A stretch of 64,000 nt of DNA from Candidatus Aenigmatarchaeota archaeon (GCA_016933455.1 JAFGAZ010000020.1:119-64118), one strand, 5' to 3'. Positions 41,084 through 50,871 are shown, counted from the stretch's first letter. Program-made: numbers and translations. The notes: generated by a model from the letters alone, not told the origin.

Positions 41084-41989
41084 TCATGGCTTCTGTTCTA
41101 TTTTCTCGATTTTCCTTGTCATAAGGTCTATTATGCTATTTTTCGGCACTATGCTAACCCCTTTGTAGCTCATGCTAATTTCTTGGTCTGTAAATATCAC
41201 ATCTGGAATTGGGTCTATTAGAAAATCTATCCTGTTGATGTTTAGATATCTTTTGTTAAGGATGTCTATAGGCTTGGCTCCTGTCAAGAACATGATGTTT
41301 ATGTTGCCTATGCTAAACATGTAGGGGCTTGAGACCTTGTGCTTTGACTGTTTTTTGTTGTCAAAAACACAGTCCTTTGAAACAACATAATCAACGTCAA
41401 GCTTCTTGTCCGAGAACGCCACCTTTATAGGTTTTTTGCTAAGATTGACAGGCCTAAGAGGAATTGATGGAAACAGCACCTTTTCAGCAAAAACAACTTT
41501 GTTCTTTGCCTGCCCGAAAACCGCTATAACATCATCCAAAACAAGCCTTTCAATCATCTTGCTGTCCATAACAACGTCTATATACCCTGTCGGGTCTTCC
41601 ATAACAACAGTCTTGCCGGAATTTTTTGCAACAATGTCCTTTACCATGCCTATAACACTGACCGGCCCTTGGCTTACCTTGTTTATGGATACTATGTTTT
41701 TTAGCTCGACTTTTTTCATCAAAAGGTCCTGCAAAAACCCATAGCGCTTGTTTAGGGCATTGACATAGTCCTGAACAGTGAAGACCTTCTTTTCTTCAAA
41801 CTGCTTTATTATCTCTATATCCTCTGCTAGAATCTTGTCTACGATGCTGCCAGTAACTATGAACGGTTTTTCCTGCTTTAGATGCTTGATTAGTTTGTCA
41901 AATGCCTTTTCATCTATTTTTTCTATAGACTCCTTGGCATCCTCTTCAACAAGAAAACCCTGCTTTATGAGCTCTTCTAAATGGTTCAT
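41084..41989 (-). CDS. Degenerate PolD small subunit (DP1)-like protein: OB fold retained, phosphoesterase domain shrunken and lacking its catalytic residues
   Basis: SVIGMVKD..MEDPTG..LVLDDVIAVFG..LFPSIP OB signature; KVAFSD, DFLIDPIPDVIF, YKGV remnants; overlaps the cdc6 stop (ATGA). Confidence 0.78.
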   Translation of the reverse strand: MNHLEELIKQGFLVEEDAKESIEKIDEKAFDKLIKHLKQEKPFIVTGSIVDKILAEDIEIIKQFEEKKVFTVQDYVNALNKRYGFLQDLLMKKVELKNIVSINKVSQGPVSVIGMVKDIVAKNSGKTVVMEDPTGYIDVVMDSKMIERLVLDDVIAVFGQAKNKVVFAEKVLFPSIPLRPVNLSKKPIKVAFSDKKLDVDYVVSKDCVFDNKKQSKHKVSSPYMFSIGNINIMFLTGAKPIDILNKRYLNINRIDFLIDPIPDVIFTDQEISMSYKGVSIVPKNSIIDLMTRKIEKIEQKP

Positions 41990-43182
41990 AAGAATATTTC
42001 TTCCAAAAGATTCTTTAATTTATTGTAGACTGTATCAGATAGGTTAAGTGATATTACCCTTGTTCTGCCGTATCTGCCCTTTGAGACTATCTTTGTGCTT
42101 ATCACGCTTGACAAATCAAGTTCCGAGATAAGGTCAGACACTCTTCTGGTTGTTAGGGTCTTTATTCCTTGCTGCTTACATATCTCCTGATACTTGTCAA
42201 AAACCTCGCCGGTTTGTATCTCCTTTGTCTTTTCAGCCAAAAACACTATAGAGTACAAGACTATTTGGCTCTGCTTTGGCATTGACTTTACTGTTTCAAC
42301 AACTCTGTCAACGTCTATTTTCTCCTCAGCATCATCAACATGTTCTATAGATACCTTTTCATGAGAGTTTCTCTCGGATAGCTCTCCTGCTACTCTGAGC
42401 AAATCTAGGGCTCGCCTGGCATCCCCGTGTTCTTGGGCAGCCAAAGCAGCGCATTTCTCAATAACACCAGGCTGAAGAACATCTTGTGTAAAAGCTATAG
42501 ATGCCCTGTTCTTGAGAATGTCCTGGAGCTGCAGGGCATTGTAAGGCGGGAATATCAACTCCTCCTCACTAAGGGAGCTCTTAACCCTTGGATCCAAAGT
42601 CTCTATGAAGCCCAAGTTATTGGTTATGCCTATTATGGAAAGCTTGGAATTGTTAAGGTCTTGGTTTATCCTTGTAAGGTTATATAGAATCTCATCACCC
42701 GTCTTTTGAACCAAAGTGTCGATTTCGTCGACAATAAGTATTATGGTCTGCTTCCTACTGTCGAGTGCGTCGAAAAATGCATTATACACCTGGTCAGTGG
42801 GAAGGCCTGTGAAAGGCACCTCTTTTCCCAGCGCCTTGGATAACTCTGCCAATAATCTATACTCTGTATCAGCAATTTTCTTCATTTTGCAGTTAACATA
42901 CATGACTTTGACGCTTTGACCGTTCTCACCGCTTATCTTTTCAAGCTCAGAACCCACAAACCTTGATACAAGCGTCTTGCCTGTGCCAGGCCTGCCGTAA
43001 AGGAATATGTTGCTTGGCCTGCCGCCCTTGAGTGCAGGTGCCAGTATCCTTCCCAGGTCATTGACTTGCTTTTCCCTATGAGGTATTGTCTCCGGCTTGA
43101 ATGAAATAGTCAAAGCATCTCTATTGGAAAATATGGGTTTGGATGCCAAGAATTTTGTGAATATGTTGTTGGTATCTGTCAT
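41986..43182 (-). CDS. cdc6: Orc1/Cdc6 replication initiator
   Basis: IPHRE, GRPGTGKT, VDEID, FPPYNALQL, GDARRALDLL, SKGRYGRTR wHTH. Confidence 0.97.
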   Translation of the reverse strand: MTDTNNIFTKFLASKPIFSNRDALTISFKPETIPHREKQVNDLGRILAPALKGGRPSNIFLYGRPGTGKTLVSRFVGSELEKISGENGQSVKVMYVNCKMKKIADTEYRLLAELSKALGKEVPFTGLPTDQVYNAFFDALDSRKQTIILIVDEIDTLVQKTGDEILYNLTRINQDLNNSKLSIIGITNNLGFIETLDPRVKSSLSEEELIFPPYNALQLQDILKNRASIAFTQDVLQPGVIEKCAALAAQEHGDARRALDLLRVAGELSERNSHEKVSIEHVDDAEEKIDVDRVVETVKSMPKQSQIVLYSIVFLAEKTKEIQTGEVFDKYQEICKQQGIKTLTTRRVSDLISELDLSSVISTKIVSKGRYGRTRVISLNLSDTVYNKLKNLLEEIFL

Positions 43183-43531
43183 TGTATCACATATGAATAT
43201 CGTCGAACCTTTGTTTCTCTTGAAGATATCTAGATTAACATATATAAAAATTACTTCACGTTAACCCCCTTGTTTCCTTAGGAAAATGTTCATGTGAAGG
43301 TTTTGTTACATGAATTTTGATGTTTTTCCTTCATATGAAATAACCACCCTATGACTTCCACTCAAAATCCAAATGAAACAAAGGTTGCGAGATAAAATTC
43401 TTCTTTTTTCAGATATTATTAATCTATAAAATATACCTTTATTTCATATAACATTGTTATATAATAATATAATATAATACATTTCTATCTATAAAGTCAT
43501 GTTCGACTAGTAATGAGGGGGTGGGCCCTAA
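43183..43531. other. Putative replication origin (oriC) with ORB-like elements and an AT-rich unwinding region
   Basis: Directly upstream of cdc6; ORB-like elements at 43206-43224(-), 43265-43284(-, TTCCTAAGGAAACAAGGGGG), 43368-43386(+), 43502-43521(+); AT-rich tract ~43395-43495. Confidence 0.8.
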
Positions 43532-44245
43532 TCAGAAAGAACTTTTCAAAACCTTTAGAAACTCTTTGTTGTTTTTAGATACAGTTCCAAGAGGTATTGA
43601 TTCAAGTTCAGCAATCCTCTTGGCAAGATCATCTATTTTTTCAGAACCCTGGAATACAACAAAACCTGGTCTTAGATTGGTAACTTTCAAAGCAACCATA
43701 GAACTTCTTCCGGAATTTGCTCCTGTGAAAACCAAAACCCTCTCGCTTGTCATTCCATAAAGCTTTACCATATCTATAGGTGAAAGGTCCACTATTGCTT
43801 TCATGGCATCTATTACAGTATAACCATTGACCTGCTTGTCACCCAAGTCGTCCCTTATTACAAGGTCAACTCCTATGGTCTCGCAGAACTTTTTGATGGA
43901 CATTGGGGCATTGAATTCCTTCATGTCCAAAACAGCATCAGAAAGCATTGCCTGGGAAGGAAGATCTGAAAACTCATGAATTATCTTTCCCCCAAGCCTC
44001 TCGTCTATAGATATCATGGCATCCACTATTTTCTTTACCATCTTGATACCAGGCGACTTTCTCCTGCCGTTTTCATAGTCTGAGATAACAGAAGGCATTA
44101 TTTTCATCTCATCTGCAAGCCTTCTTTGTGGAATCTTGAACACGTTTCTCCATTTTTGTATTATTTTTCCCCCTTCAGGGCTAAGAACTATCTCACCTGC
44201 AATTCTCTTTGCCAGGTTCTCTTTTGCCAGAGAATGTGTATCCAT
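43532..44245 (-). CDS. Archaeal HTH transcriptional regulator (XRE-type HTH plus C-terminal domain)
   Basis: IAGEIVLS, SVISDYENGRRKSPG, GRSSMVA. Confidence 0.85.
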   Translation of the reverse strand: MDTHSLAKENLAKRIAGEIVLSPEGGKIIQKWRNVFKIPQRRLADEMKIMPSVISDYENGRRKSPGIKMVKKIVDAMISIDERLGGKIIHEFSDLPSQAMLSDAVLDMKEFNAPMSIKKFCETIGVDLVIRDDLGDKQVNGYTVIDAMKAIVDLSPIDMVKLYGMTSERVLVFTGANSGRSSMVALKVTNLRPGFVVFQGSEKIDDLAKRIAELESIPLGTVSKNNKEFLKVLKSSF

Positions 44246-44343
44246 ATTAATAATCTGACGTATAAGCTTTTAAAACTTGACCTTTCAATAACCATGATTT
44301 AAACACATATAATTTTAAATGGTTTGGAAAGCTAAACTAGATT

Positions 44344-44892
44344 ATGTCAACAGGCATTACTGTCAAAGACGCCATGGTTACAGGCGTAATAACAATGGGA
44401 CCTGACAAAACAGTTCTTGAAAGTGCAAAAATAATGAAGCAAAACGACATTGGAAGCGTTGTTGTATGTGAAAACAATATTCCTTTGGGCATAGCAACCA
44501 GGGAGGATATCATAAACAAGGTGGTTGCAGATGGAAAATCCCCGTCCGATGTGCTTCTAAAAGAAATAATGTCTAAAAACCTGATTGTTTGCAGCCCGGA
44601 CTGCGACATTTCCGAAGCAGCAAACCAGATGTCAAGATACCAGTATGAAAGAATACCTGTTGTCAGTGAAGGCAGGCTTTTGGGCATAATATCCACAAGA
44701 GAGATAGCCAAAGTTGCTCCAGCAGCCCTTGAGATCATGACAGAACATATGAGAATAGAAAACCCGGAGCAAATGGAAGAAAAAGAAGACGAGACAACAG
44801 AGGGCATTTGCGAGTCATGCGGCAACCAGGCAGACGAGCTCTTTAATGTCAATGACAGCTGGGTGTGCGAGTCCTGCAAGCAGAATGTCTGA
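44344..44892 (+). CDS. CBS-pair protein with C-terminal Zn ribbon
   Basis: Two CBS domains; GICESCG...VCESC. Confidence 0.88.
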   Translation: MSTGITVKDAMVTGVITMGPDKTVLESAKIMKQNDIGSVVVCENNIPLGIATREDIINKVVADGKSPSDVLLKEIMSKNLIVCSPDCDISEAANQMSRYQYERIPVVSEGRLLGIISTREIAKVAPAALEIMTEHMRIENPEQMEEKEDETTEGICESCGNQADELFNVNDSWVCESCKQNV

Positions 44893-44936
44893 TTCTTAGA
44901 TAATTTGATTAATTTTAAATACTTTTATAATTCAAT

Positions 44937-45290
44937 ATGCTTATACAAGAGGTTAAAGAAGAACTGTTCAAAGCCCTTGAAATTACCAAGGGAAAGCAGG
45001 TCATTGTCGAAGGAAAACGCGACAAACTTGCTTTATGTTTATTAGGTTTTAAGAATATAATCGAGCTCAACACAGGAATTTACGAGATAGTTGAGAAACT
45101 CAATGGCAAGAACGTAGTCATATTGACTGATTACGACAAAGAAGGCATAGAGATAGCAAAAAAACTTAACAAAATTCTTCCACCTCTTGGATACAAGGTA
45201 GACACGAAAACCAGGAAAAAGATAGGTTTTCTGTTTGCCGAACTTAAAATACGAAAAATAGAGGAATTAAGAGGTGTTATAAATGGGTAA
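44937..45290 (+). CDS. Small Toprim-domain protein
   Basis: IVEGKRD, ILTDYDKEG. Confidence 0.88.
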   Translation: MLIQEVKEELFKALEITKGKQVIVEGKRDKLALCLLGFKNIIELNTGIYEIVEKLNGKNVVILTDYDKEGIEIAKKLNKILPPLGYKVDTKTRKKIGFLFAELKIRKIEELRGVING

Positions 45291-46470
45291 ATTAGCACAA
45301 TCAACTTCAAAATACGTCATTCATGCTAGATTTGACGCAGAGGGAACTGTTGAAAAACCCGATGTCATAGGCGCAGTATTCGGCCAGACTGAGGGTCTTT
45401 TGGGTCCTGACATGGACCTTAGGGAATTGCAAAAAACAGGAAGGATAGGAAGAATCGATGTCGAGCTTAAGACAACAAGCGGCAAGACATCAGGACTTAT
45501 CACCATACCGTCTTCTTTGGACAGCTCGGAAACCGCTCTGATAGCAGCTTCTGTTGAGACCATAGAAAGAGTCGGGCCTTGCAACGCCAAGATAATAATA
45601 GAGAAAATCGATGATGTTAGAATTTTCAAGAGAAAATACGTCATTGAAAGGGGAAAAGAGCTCTTAGAGAAGATGTTTGACGAGGGTGCGCCTGACACAG
45701 AGGTCATATCCGAGCAGATAAAGGAGGCCATACGCGGGGGCGAGATAGAGACCTACATGGGCCTTACAACAGGTCCTGACATTGAAAGCTATGATTCAAT
45801 AATTGTTGTTGAGGGCAGGGCTGACGTTGTCAACCTGCTAAAATGCGGCATAAGAAACGTTATAGCTATAGAGGGAACTTCTGTTCCGCCTGCCATAGCA
45901 GAGCTTTCCAAGGACAAGACAGTGACAGCTTTCCTTGACGGCGACCGTGGAGGGGACCTGATCCTAAAAGAATTGATGTCTGTTTGCGATGTTGATTTCG
46001 TTGCAAGGGCTCCAATGGGCAAGGAAGTTGAGGAGATAAGCAAGAAGCTGGTTTTCAAGGCGCTAAGAAGCAAGGTCCCTGTTGAAAAGCTTGGCAAGAC
46101 AAACTCAAAGTCTGAAAACTCCAAAAGAAACAGCAGAAGGCCAAGAGAGCCTTCGAAAAAGATGCAGCCTCCCAAGATAGACAAGCAAAAAGCCCTAGCT
46201 TTCAAGAAAGCAATAGACGATCTTGTAGGCACAAGGGCCGCCTGCTTTATGAACAGCAAGTCTGAGATTCTCGGCAGGGTTCCTGTCAAGGAGATGTTCT
46301 CGACAATGAGAAGCCTTGAGGCAGAGGCCCTAATCTTTGACGGCGACATTGACCAGAAGCTGATAAACCAGTGCGCAACCAACGGTGTAAAGTACATTGT
46401 TGGCATGAAGACCGGAAGAATTAGGCACACAGAGGGCGTAACCGTAATAACAATCGAAGACTTGAAATGA
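45283..46470 (+). CDS. dnaG: Archaeal DnaG (Toprim; exosome-associated in characterised archaea)
   Basis: VEKPDVIGAVFGQTEGLLG, VEGRADV, DGDRGG. Confidence 0.95.
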   Translation: MGKLAQSTSKYVIHARFDAEGTVEKPDVIGAVFGQTEGLLGPDMDLRELQKTGRIGRIDVELKTTSGKTSGLITIPSSLDSSETALIAASVETIERVGPCNAKIIIEKIDDVRIFKRKYVIERGKELLEKMFDEGAPDTEVISEQIKEAIRGGEIETYMGLTTGPDIESYDSIIVVEGRADVVNLLKCGIRNVIAIEGTSVPPAIAELSKDKTVTAFLDGDRGGDLILKELMSVCDVDFVARAPMGKEVEEISKKLVFKALRSKVPVEKLGKTNSKSENSKRNSRRPREPSKKMQPPKIDKQKALAFKKAIDDLVGTRAACFMNSKSEILGRVPVKEMFSTMRSLEAEALIFDGDIDQKLINQCATNGVKYIVGMKTGRIRHTEGVTVITIEDLK

Positions 46471-46500
46471 TATTTCCAAGGAGAATTTTTTCTTTTCTCC

Positions 46501-48288
46501 TTATTTTTCAATTATTTCTTCAAGCATACTTACAAACCTTTCAAACTGCTTCATGCCGTTCTCCCAAAACTCCTGCTTTGAAACATCGAATCCGAATATC
46601 TTGCCGATTTCCAAGGGCGACATGCTGCTTCCAGCTGAAAGGGCTTTTTTGAATTTTGGTATGAAACCTTCCTTATCCTCAAGATATTTCTGATAAAGGC
46701 TGTACACGAAAAGCTTGGCATAGACGTAGGGATAGTTGTAGAACCTGTAGTTGGCCATAAAGTAATGCGGTTTCATTGCCCACTCCGACTCCATCTCAGG
46801 TAGCCATTCAACAGAGTCGCCGTATATTCTGTCCCTTGCAGCTGTCCAGAGTTCGCAAATGGTATTGTAATCAAGATATTTTCCCTCATCTATTGCTTTG
46901 TATAGGCTTTGCTCAAACCAAACCCTTGCAGATACCTGGAAAGCCGTCATGCCGTCGTTGTCAAGAACAGAGCATAGTATGTCTCTTTTTTCCTTGTCTG
47001 TTTTGGCTTCTTTTAGAAGTATGTCTGTTAGCAGCAGTTCTCCGAAAATGGATGCGGTCTCCGCAACAACAGAAGCAACGTTCGTGTTCATGATTGTCTG
47101 GTTTGTTGTTGAATAGTATGTGTGCGTCGAATGCCCAAGCTCGTGCGCAAGCGTGAAAACATCCTTTATTGTTCCAGTGAACGACTGCAAAACAAAAGAG
47201 CTTTTGCCGTTGTACCAATAGTAGCAGAATGCGCCGTTCTTTTTGCCGAATCTAGGCTCGGCATCGATCCTGTTTTTATTGAAAACGTCCTTTAGCGCCT
47301 TGACATAATCAGCATCAAAGTCCTCGTAAGCCTTTGTTACAAGAGCTTTTGCCTCATCAAAAGTATAGTCCTTGTTTTCCGAGTCTGGCAAAGGTGCCAC
47401 AATGTCGTGATTGCCCAGCTTTTCAAGGCCCATTATTTTTGATTTCAATATGAGATATTTCTGGTATAGCTTTGTGCTATTTTCAACAACATCCATCATG
47501 CTATCTATTGTTTTCTTGTCAGTGTCGTTTGCAACAAGGCTTGCTTCCATTGCAGAATTGTAATTTCTTCTTTTTGATACAGAAAGCCAGTCATTGCATA
47601 TGTTTCGAAGAGCTGAAGAGAAAATTTCCCCGTCTTCTTTCAACTTGCCGTATATTGACCTGTTTGCCGACTCTCGTGTCTTCCTGTCAATGTGGATCAA
47701 CAAGCCGTCCGCATCGCCATAGTTTAGCGTTTTTCTCTCACCCAAAACATCTACATCAAACATGCGAGTGTTTAGCCATTTGCCTTGCAATTCGGACCAT
47801 GCGCAAACACCGAAAAGGTCCTTTTCAATTATTAGCTTTTCCTCCTTTTCCGAAAGTATGTGCTTTGCCGACCTTTCAACGCATTCCAGCCTGTGCTTGT
47901 AGTTTGAAAGAGATTTGTCGTTTATTATTTCGGGTCTTTCCAAGACAAGTTTGGCAAGCTCTATGGAAAAGAAGCTAAGCCTCTTTTCTATTTCTGAATT
48001 GATTTTAGATGTCTTGTCGTACAATGCCTGGTTTTTTGGCAACGACATGTTGGCTGTGAATGACAAATAAGCATACATCAACATGTCATCCAAATTTGAC
48101 TCGAATGATTCTAGCGTCTTTATGCATTCCAAAATGCCGTCAGAAGATAATGATGTTATTTTTCCTTTGTATTTGCTTTCAAAGTCTTCCACCAAGGCCC
48201 GTATTTCCTTTATTTTGTTTTCAATTGTTTTATCGTCCATGCTTGGAAATAATTGGGATAGGTCCCATGTCACATCTGTTTTAGGCAT
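46501..48288 (-). CDS. pepF: M3B oligoendopeptidase F
   Basis: WDLSQL, GKKNGAFC, HELGH, AETAS, FYNYPY. Confidence 0.92.
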   Translation of the reverse strand: MPKTDVTWDLSQLFPSMDDKTIENKIKEIRALVEDFESKYKGKITSLSSDGILECIKTLESFESNLDDMLMYAYLSFTANMSLPKNQALYDKTSKINSEIEKRLSFFSIELAKLVLERPEIINDKSLSNYKHRLECVERSAKHILSEKEEKLIIEKDLFGVCAWSELQGKWLNTRMFDVDVLGERKTLNYGDADGLLIHIDRKTRESANRSIYGKLKEDGEIFSSALRNICNDWLSVSKRRNYNSAMEASLVANDTDKKTIDSMMDVVENSTKLYQKYLILKSKIMGLEKLGNHDIVAPLPDSENKDYTFDEAKALVTKAYEDFDADYVKALKDVFNKNRIDAEPRFGKKNGAFCYYWYNGKSSFVLQSFTGTIKDVFTLAHELGHSTHTYYSTTNQTIMNTNVASVVAETASIFGELLLTDILLKEAKTDKEKRDILCSVLDNDGMTAFQVSARVWFEQSLYKAIDEGKYLDYNTICELWTAARDRIYGDSVEWLPEMESEWAMKPHYFMANYRFYNYPYVYAKLFVYSLYQKYLEDKEGFIPKFKKALSAGSSMSPLEIGKIFGFDVSKQEFWENGMKQFERFVSMLEEIIEK

Positions 48289-48374
48289 TAGAATAATACA
48301 CATCCTAAATATATTATTTTTAATTTAATGCAAAAAGCCGCAAAAGCTTAATAATGAAGCATAGAAAATAACAT

Positions 48375-49901
48375 ATGATAGTTATGAAAAGCCTTCCTCT
48401 TTCCTACAAGAAACTTCTTGAGAAGAACAAAAAGCTAACGCTTCTGGGTTCTGTCCAAGGCACCATGTCTTGGGACATGGAAACCATGATGCCTCCAAGG
48501 GCGGTCGGTCTAAGAAGCGAGCAGATGGCTCTTCTAAGCAGCATTTTTCACAAGAGCGCCACATCCCCGGAAATAGGCAGTCTGCTTGCAGAAGTTATGA
48601 AGAAAGGCAATTTCGATATGCTAGGTCAAATAGAGAAGAGGAATGTTGAGCTAATCAAGAAAAGCTATGACGAAAGGACAAAGATACCAACAGAGCTTGT
48701 GGAAAAGATTGCAAAGCAGCGTGCAGTTTCAGTGAACGTATGGAAGAAGGCAAAAAAGAAGCAGGACTATTCCATGTTCAGGCCCGAGCTTGAAAAGAAT
48801 ATAGATTTGTCAAAAAAGCTGGCCGAAATTCTGATGAAGGTAAAGGATGCAAAGAGCCTATATGATGCTCTTCTTGATGACTATGAGCCCAAGATTACAA
48901 CAGACGCTATAGCAAAAATATTTTCCAAGCTTCAAAACGAGCTTAGAGTCATAATTTCCAAATGTGAAAATTCAGGAATACAAGTAGAGGAAATAAAAAA
49001 GAGTGCAAGCATAGATGCGCAGAAAAAAATAGCAGGGATGCTTGCAGAGTTTGCAGGCTACGACATAACTTCTGATAATGCCGGCGGAAGAATAGACGAG
49101 ACAGAGCACCCCTTTACACAGGGGTATTTTGACGATGTCAGGATAACAACGCATTATTATGAGAACAATATTTTCTCATCAATATTTTCAACGCTTCATG
49201 AGATGGGGCATGCCATATACGAGCAAAACATTGACCAGAAATTAAAATACCAGCCTGTTGGCTCTGCCTGCTCATACGGCATACATGAGTCACAGTCTAG
49301 ATTTTTGGAAAACATGGTGGGACGCTCAAAAGAGTTCTGGACATTTTTCCTACCGAATATCAATAGTGTGACATGTCTTGATTTGGACATGGAAAAGCTC
49401 CTTCTCTATGTAAACAGGGTAAGACCTTCCAAGATAAGAATAGAGGCAGACGAGGTGACATACGGGCTTCACATAATAACGCGCTTTGAAATTGAAAGGG
49501 ACATGTTTTCTGGAAAGTTGGATGCATGCGATCTTCCAAATGTCTGGAATTCGAAATACAAAGAATATCTTGGCCTTGAAATAAAGAACGACTCCGAGGG
49601 CGTTATGCAGGACATGCATTGGGCAAGTAACCTGTTCGGCTACTTTCCAAGTTACGCTCTGGGTAACATCTATGGAGGACAAATGCTTGGAGCAATGAAC
49701 AAGAAATTTCCGAATTGGAAGGAAGATTTGTCTAAAGGCGACCTTACAAAGGAAAGAATCTGGATAAAGAAGAACATTTATGACAACTGCAAGATATACG
49801 ACCCAGCTGATTTGATAAAGAAAATAACAGGAAAGCCTGTTTCAGTTGAGCCGTTTGTCAATTATCTCAAGAAAAAGTTCGGAGCCATCTACGGTTTCTA
49901 A
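48375..49901 (+). CDS. M32 carboxypeptidase
   Basis: HPF, DVRITT, HEMGH, HESQ, IRIEADE, QDMHW, GYFPSY. Confidence 0.95.
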   Translation: MIVMKSLPLSYKKLLEKNKKLTLLGSVQGTMSWDMETMMPPRAVGLRSEQMALLSSIFHKSATSPEIGSLLAEVMKKGNFDMLGQIEKRNVELIKKSYDERTKIPTELVEKIAKQRAVSVNVWKKAKKKQDYSMFRPELEKNIDLSKKLAEILMKVKDAKSLYDALLDDYEPKITTDAIAKIFSKLQNELRVIISKCENSGIQVEEIKKSASIDAQKKIAGMLAEFAGYDITSDNAGGRIDETEHPFTQGYFDDVRITTHYYENNIFSSIFSTLHEMGHAIYEQNIDQKLKYQPVGSACSYGIHESQSRFLENMVGRSKEFWTFFLPNINSVTCLDLDMEKLLLYVNRVRPSKIRIEADEVTYGLHIITRFEIERDMFSGKLDACDLPNVWNSKYKEYLGLEIKNDSEGVMQDMHWASNLFGYFPSYALGNIYGGQMLGAMNKKFPNWKEDLSKGDLTKERIWIKKNIYDNCKIYDPADLIKKITGKPVSVEPFVNYLKKKFGAIYGF

Positions 49902-49905
49902 AAAG

Positions 49906-50856
49906 ATGATTTATATGGAACTAGATAAAATACTGCAGCGAACATTCGGTATAAAACGAAAAGAGCGTGTTCTGATAGTAACTGATAGACGAAAGAAAGC
50001 AGTTGCCGAGAAATTCTTCAGGGCATCAAAGAAACTTTCAGACAATGTTGACATAATAGTAAAGCCAGTTGCCAAGCAGTCTGCAGAAGAGCCCCCCAAA
50101 TATGTTGCCAAAGAGATGAAAAAATCCGACGTTATAATGGTTATACAATCAGTTTCTTCCATGAGCCATACAAAAGCAAGAAGAGAAGCTAGCAAAGCCG
50201 GGGCAAGGATAGCAACAATGCCGGAGTTCAATCAAAGGTTAATGAAAGCATTGGAAGCTGATCCTGTCAAGATGTCCAAAGTCGGCGAGAAGATAAGGAA
50301 GATTTTCAAGAGAACCGACATGGTAAGAATAAAAACCAAAAGCGGGACTGATGTTACATTCTCAATAAAGAAAAGGTTGATAGATGTCGATGAGGGCCTG
50401 TATAACAAGCCGGGAAAAATAGGGAATTTTGGCAACCTTCCTGCGGGAGAGGTGTGTCTGGCTCCTGTCGAGGGAACTGCCAATGGAATTGTTGTCATAG
50501 ATTCTTTGAAGGATTTGAAAACAGTCTATGCTAAACCGAAAACAAAGGTTGTGGTAAGAAACGGGAAAGCAGTTGACATTTCTGATAATAGATGCAAGCT
50601 GGGCAGGATATTCAAGACAGTTAGAAACGCAACCAACATTGCCGAGTTTGGAATAGGCATAAATCCGAAGGCAAAGGTTATAGGCCAGATACTTCAGGAC
50701 GAGAAGGCAAAAGGAACGTGCCACATTGCCTTTGGAAACAACAAATCATTCGGCGGTAGTGTCCAGTCAAAGATACATTTGGATGCTATTCTTTTCAAAC
50801 CAAATATTTGGTTTGACGGGAAAGTTTTCATGAAGAATGGAAAAATAATTTTCTAG
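49906..50856 (+). CDS. M29-like aminopeptidase
   Basis: GNLPAGEV, AEFGIG, DEK, HIAFG, HLD. Confidence 0.88.
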   Translation: MIYMELDKILQRTFGIKRKERVLIVTDRRKKAVAEKFFRASKKLSDNVDIIVKPVAKQSAEEPPKYVAKEMKKSDVIMVIQSVSSMSHTKARREASKAGARIATMPEFNQRLMKALEADPVKMSKVGEKIRKIFKRTDMVRIKTKSGTDVTFSIKKRLIDVDEGLYNKPGKIGNFGNLPAGEVCLAPVEGTANGIVVIDSLKDLKTVYAKPKTKVVVRNGKAVDISDNRCKLGRIFKTVRNATNIAEFGIGINPKAKVIGQILQDEKAKGTCHIAFGNNKSFGGSVQSKIHLDAILFKPNIWFDGKVFMKNGKIIF

Positions 50857-50871
50857 GTTGATATCTTGGGT

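Noticed and set aside
45789..46511. 240-aa antisense ORF over dnaG, and similar shadow ORFs throughout the track
   Set aside because: They lie antisense to well-supported genes and show no recognisable motifs.
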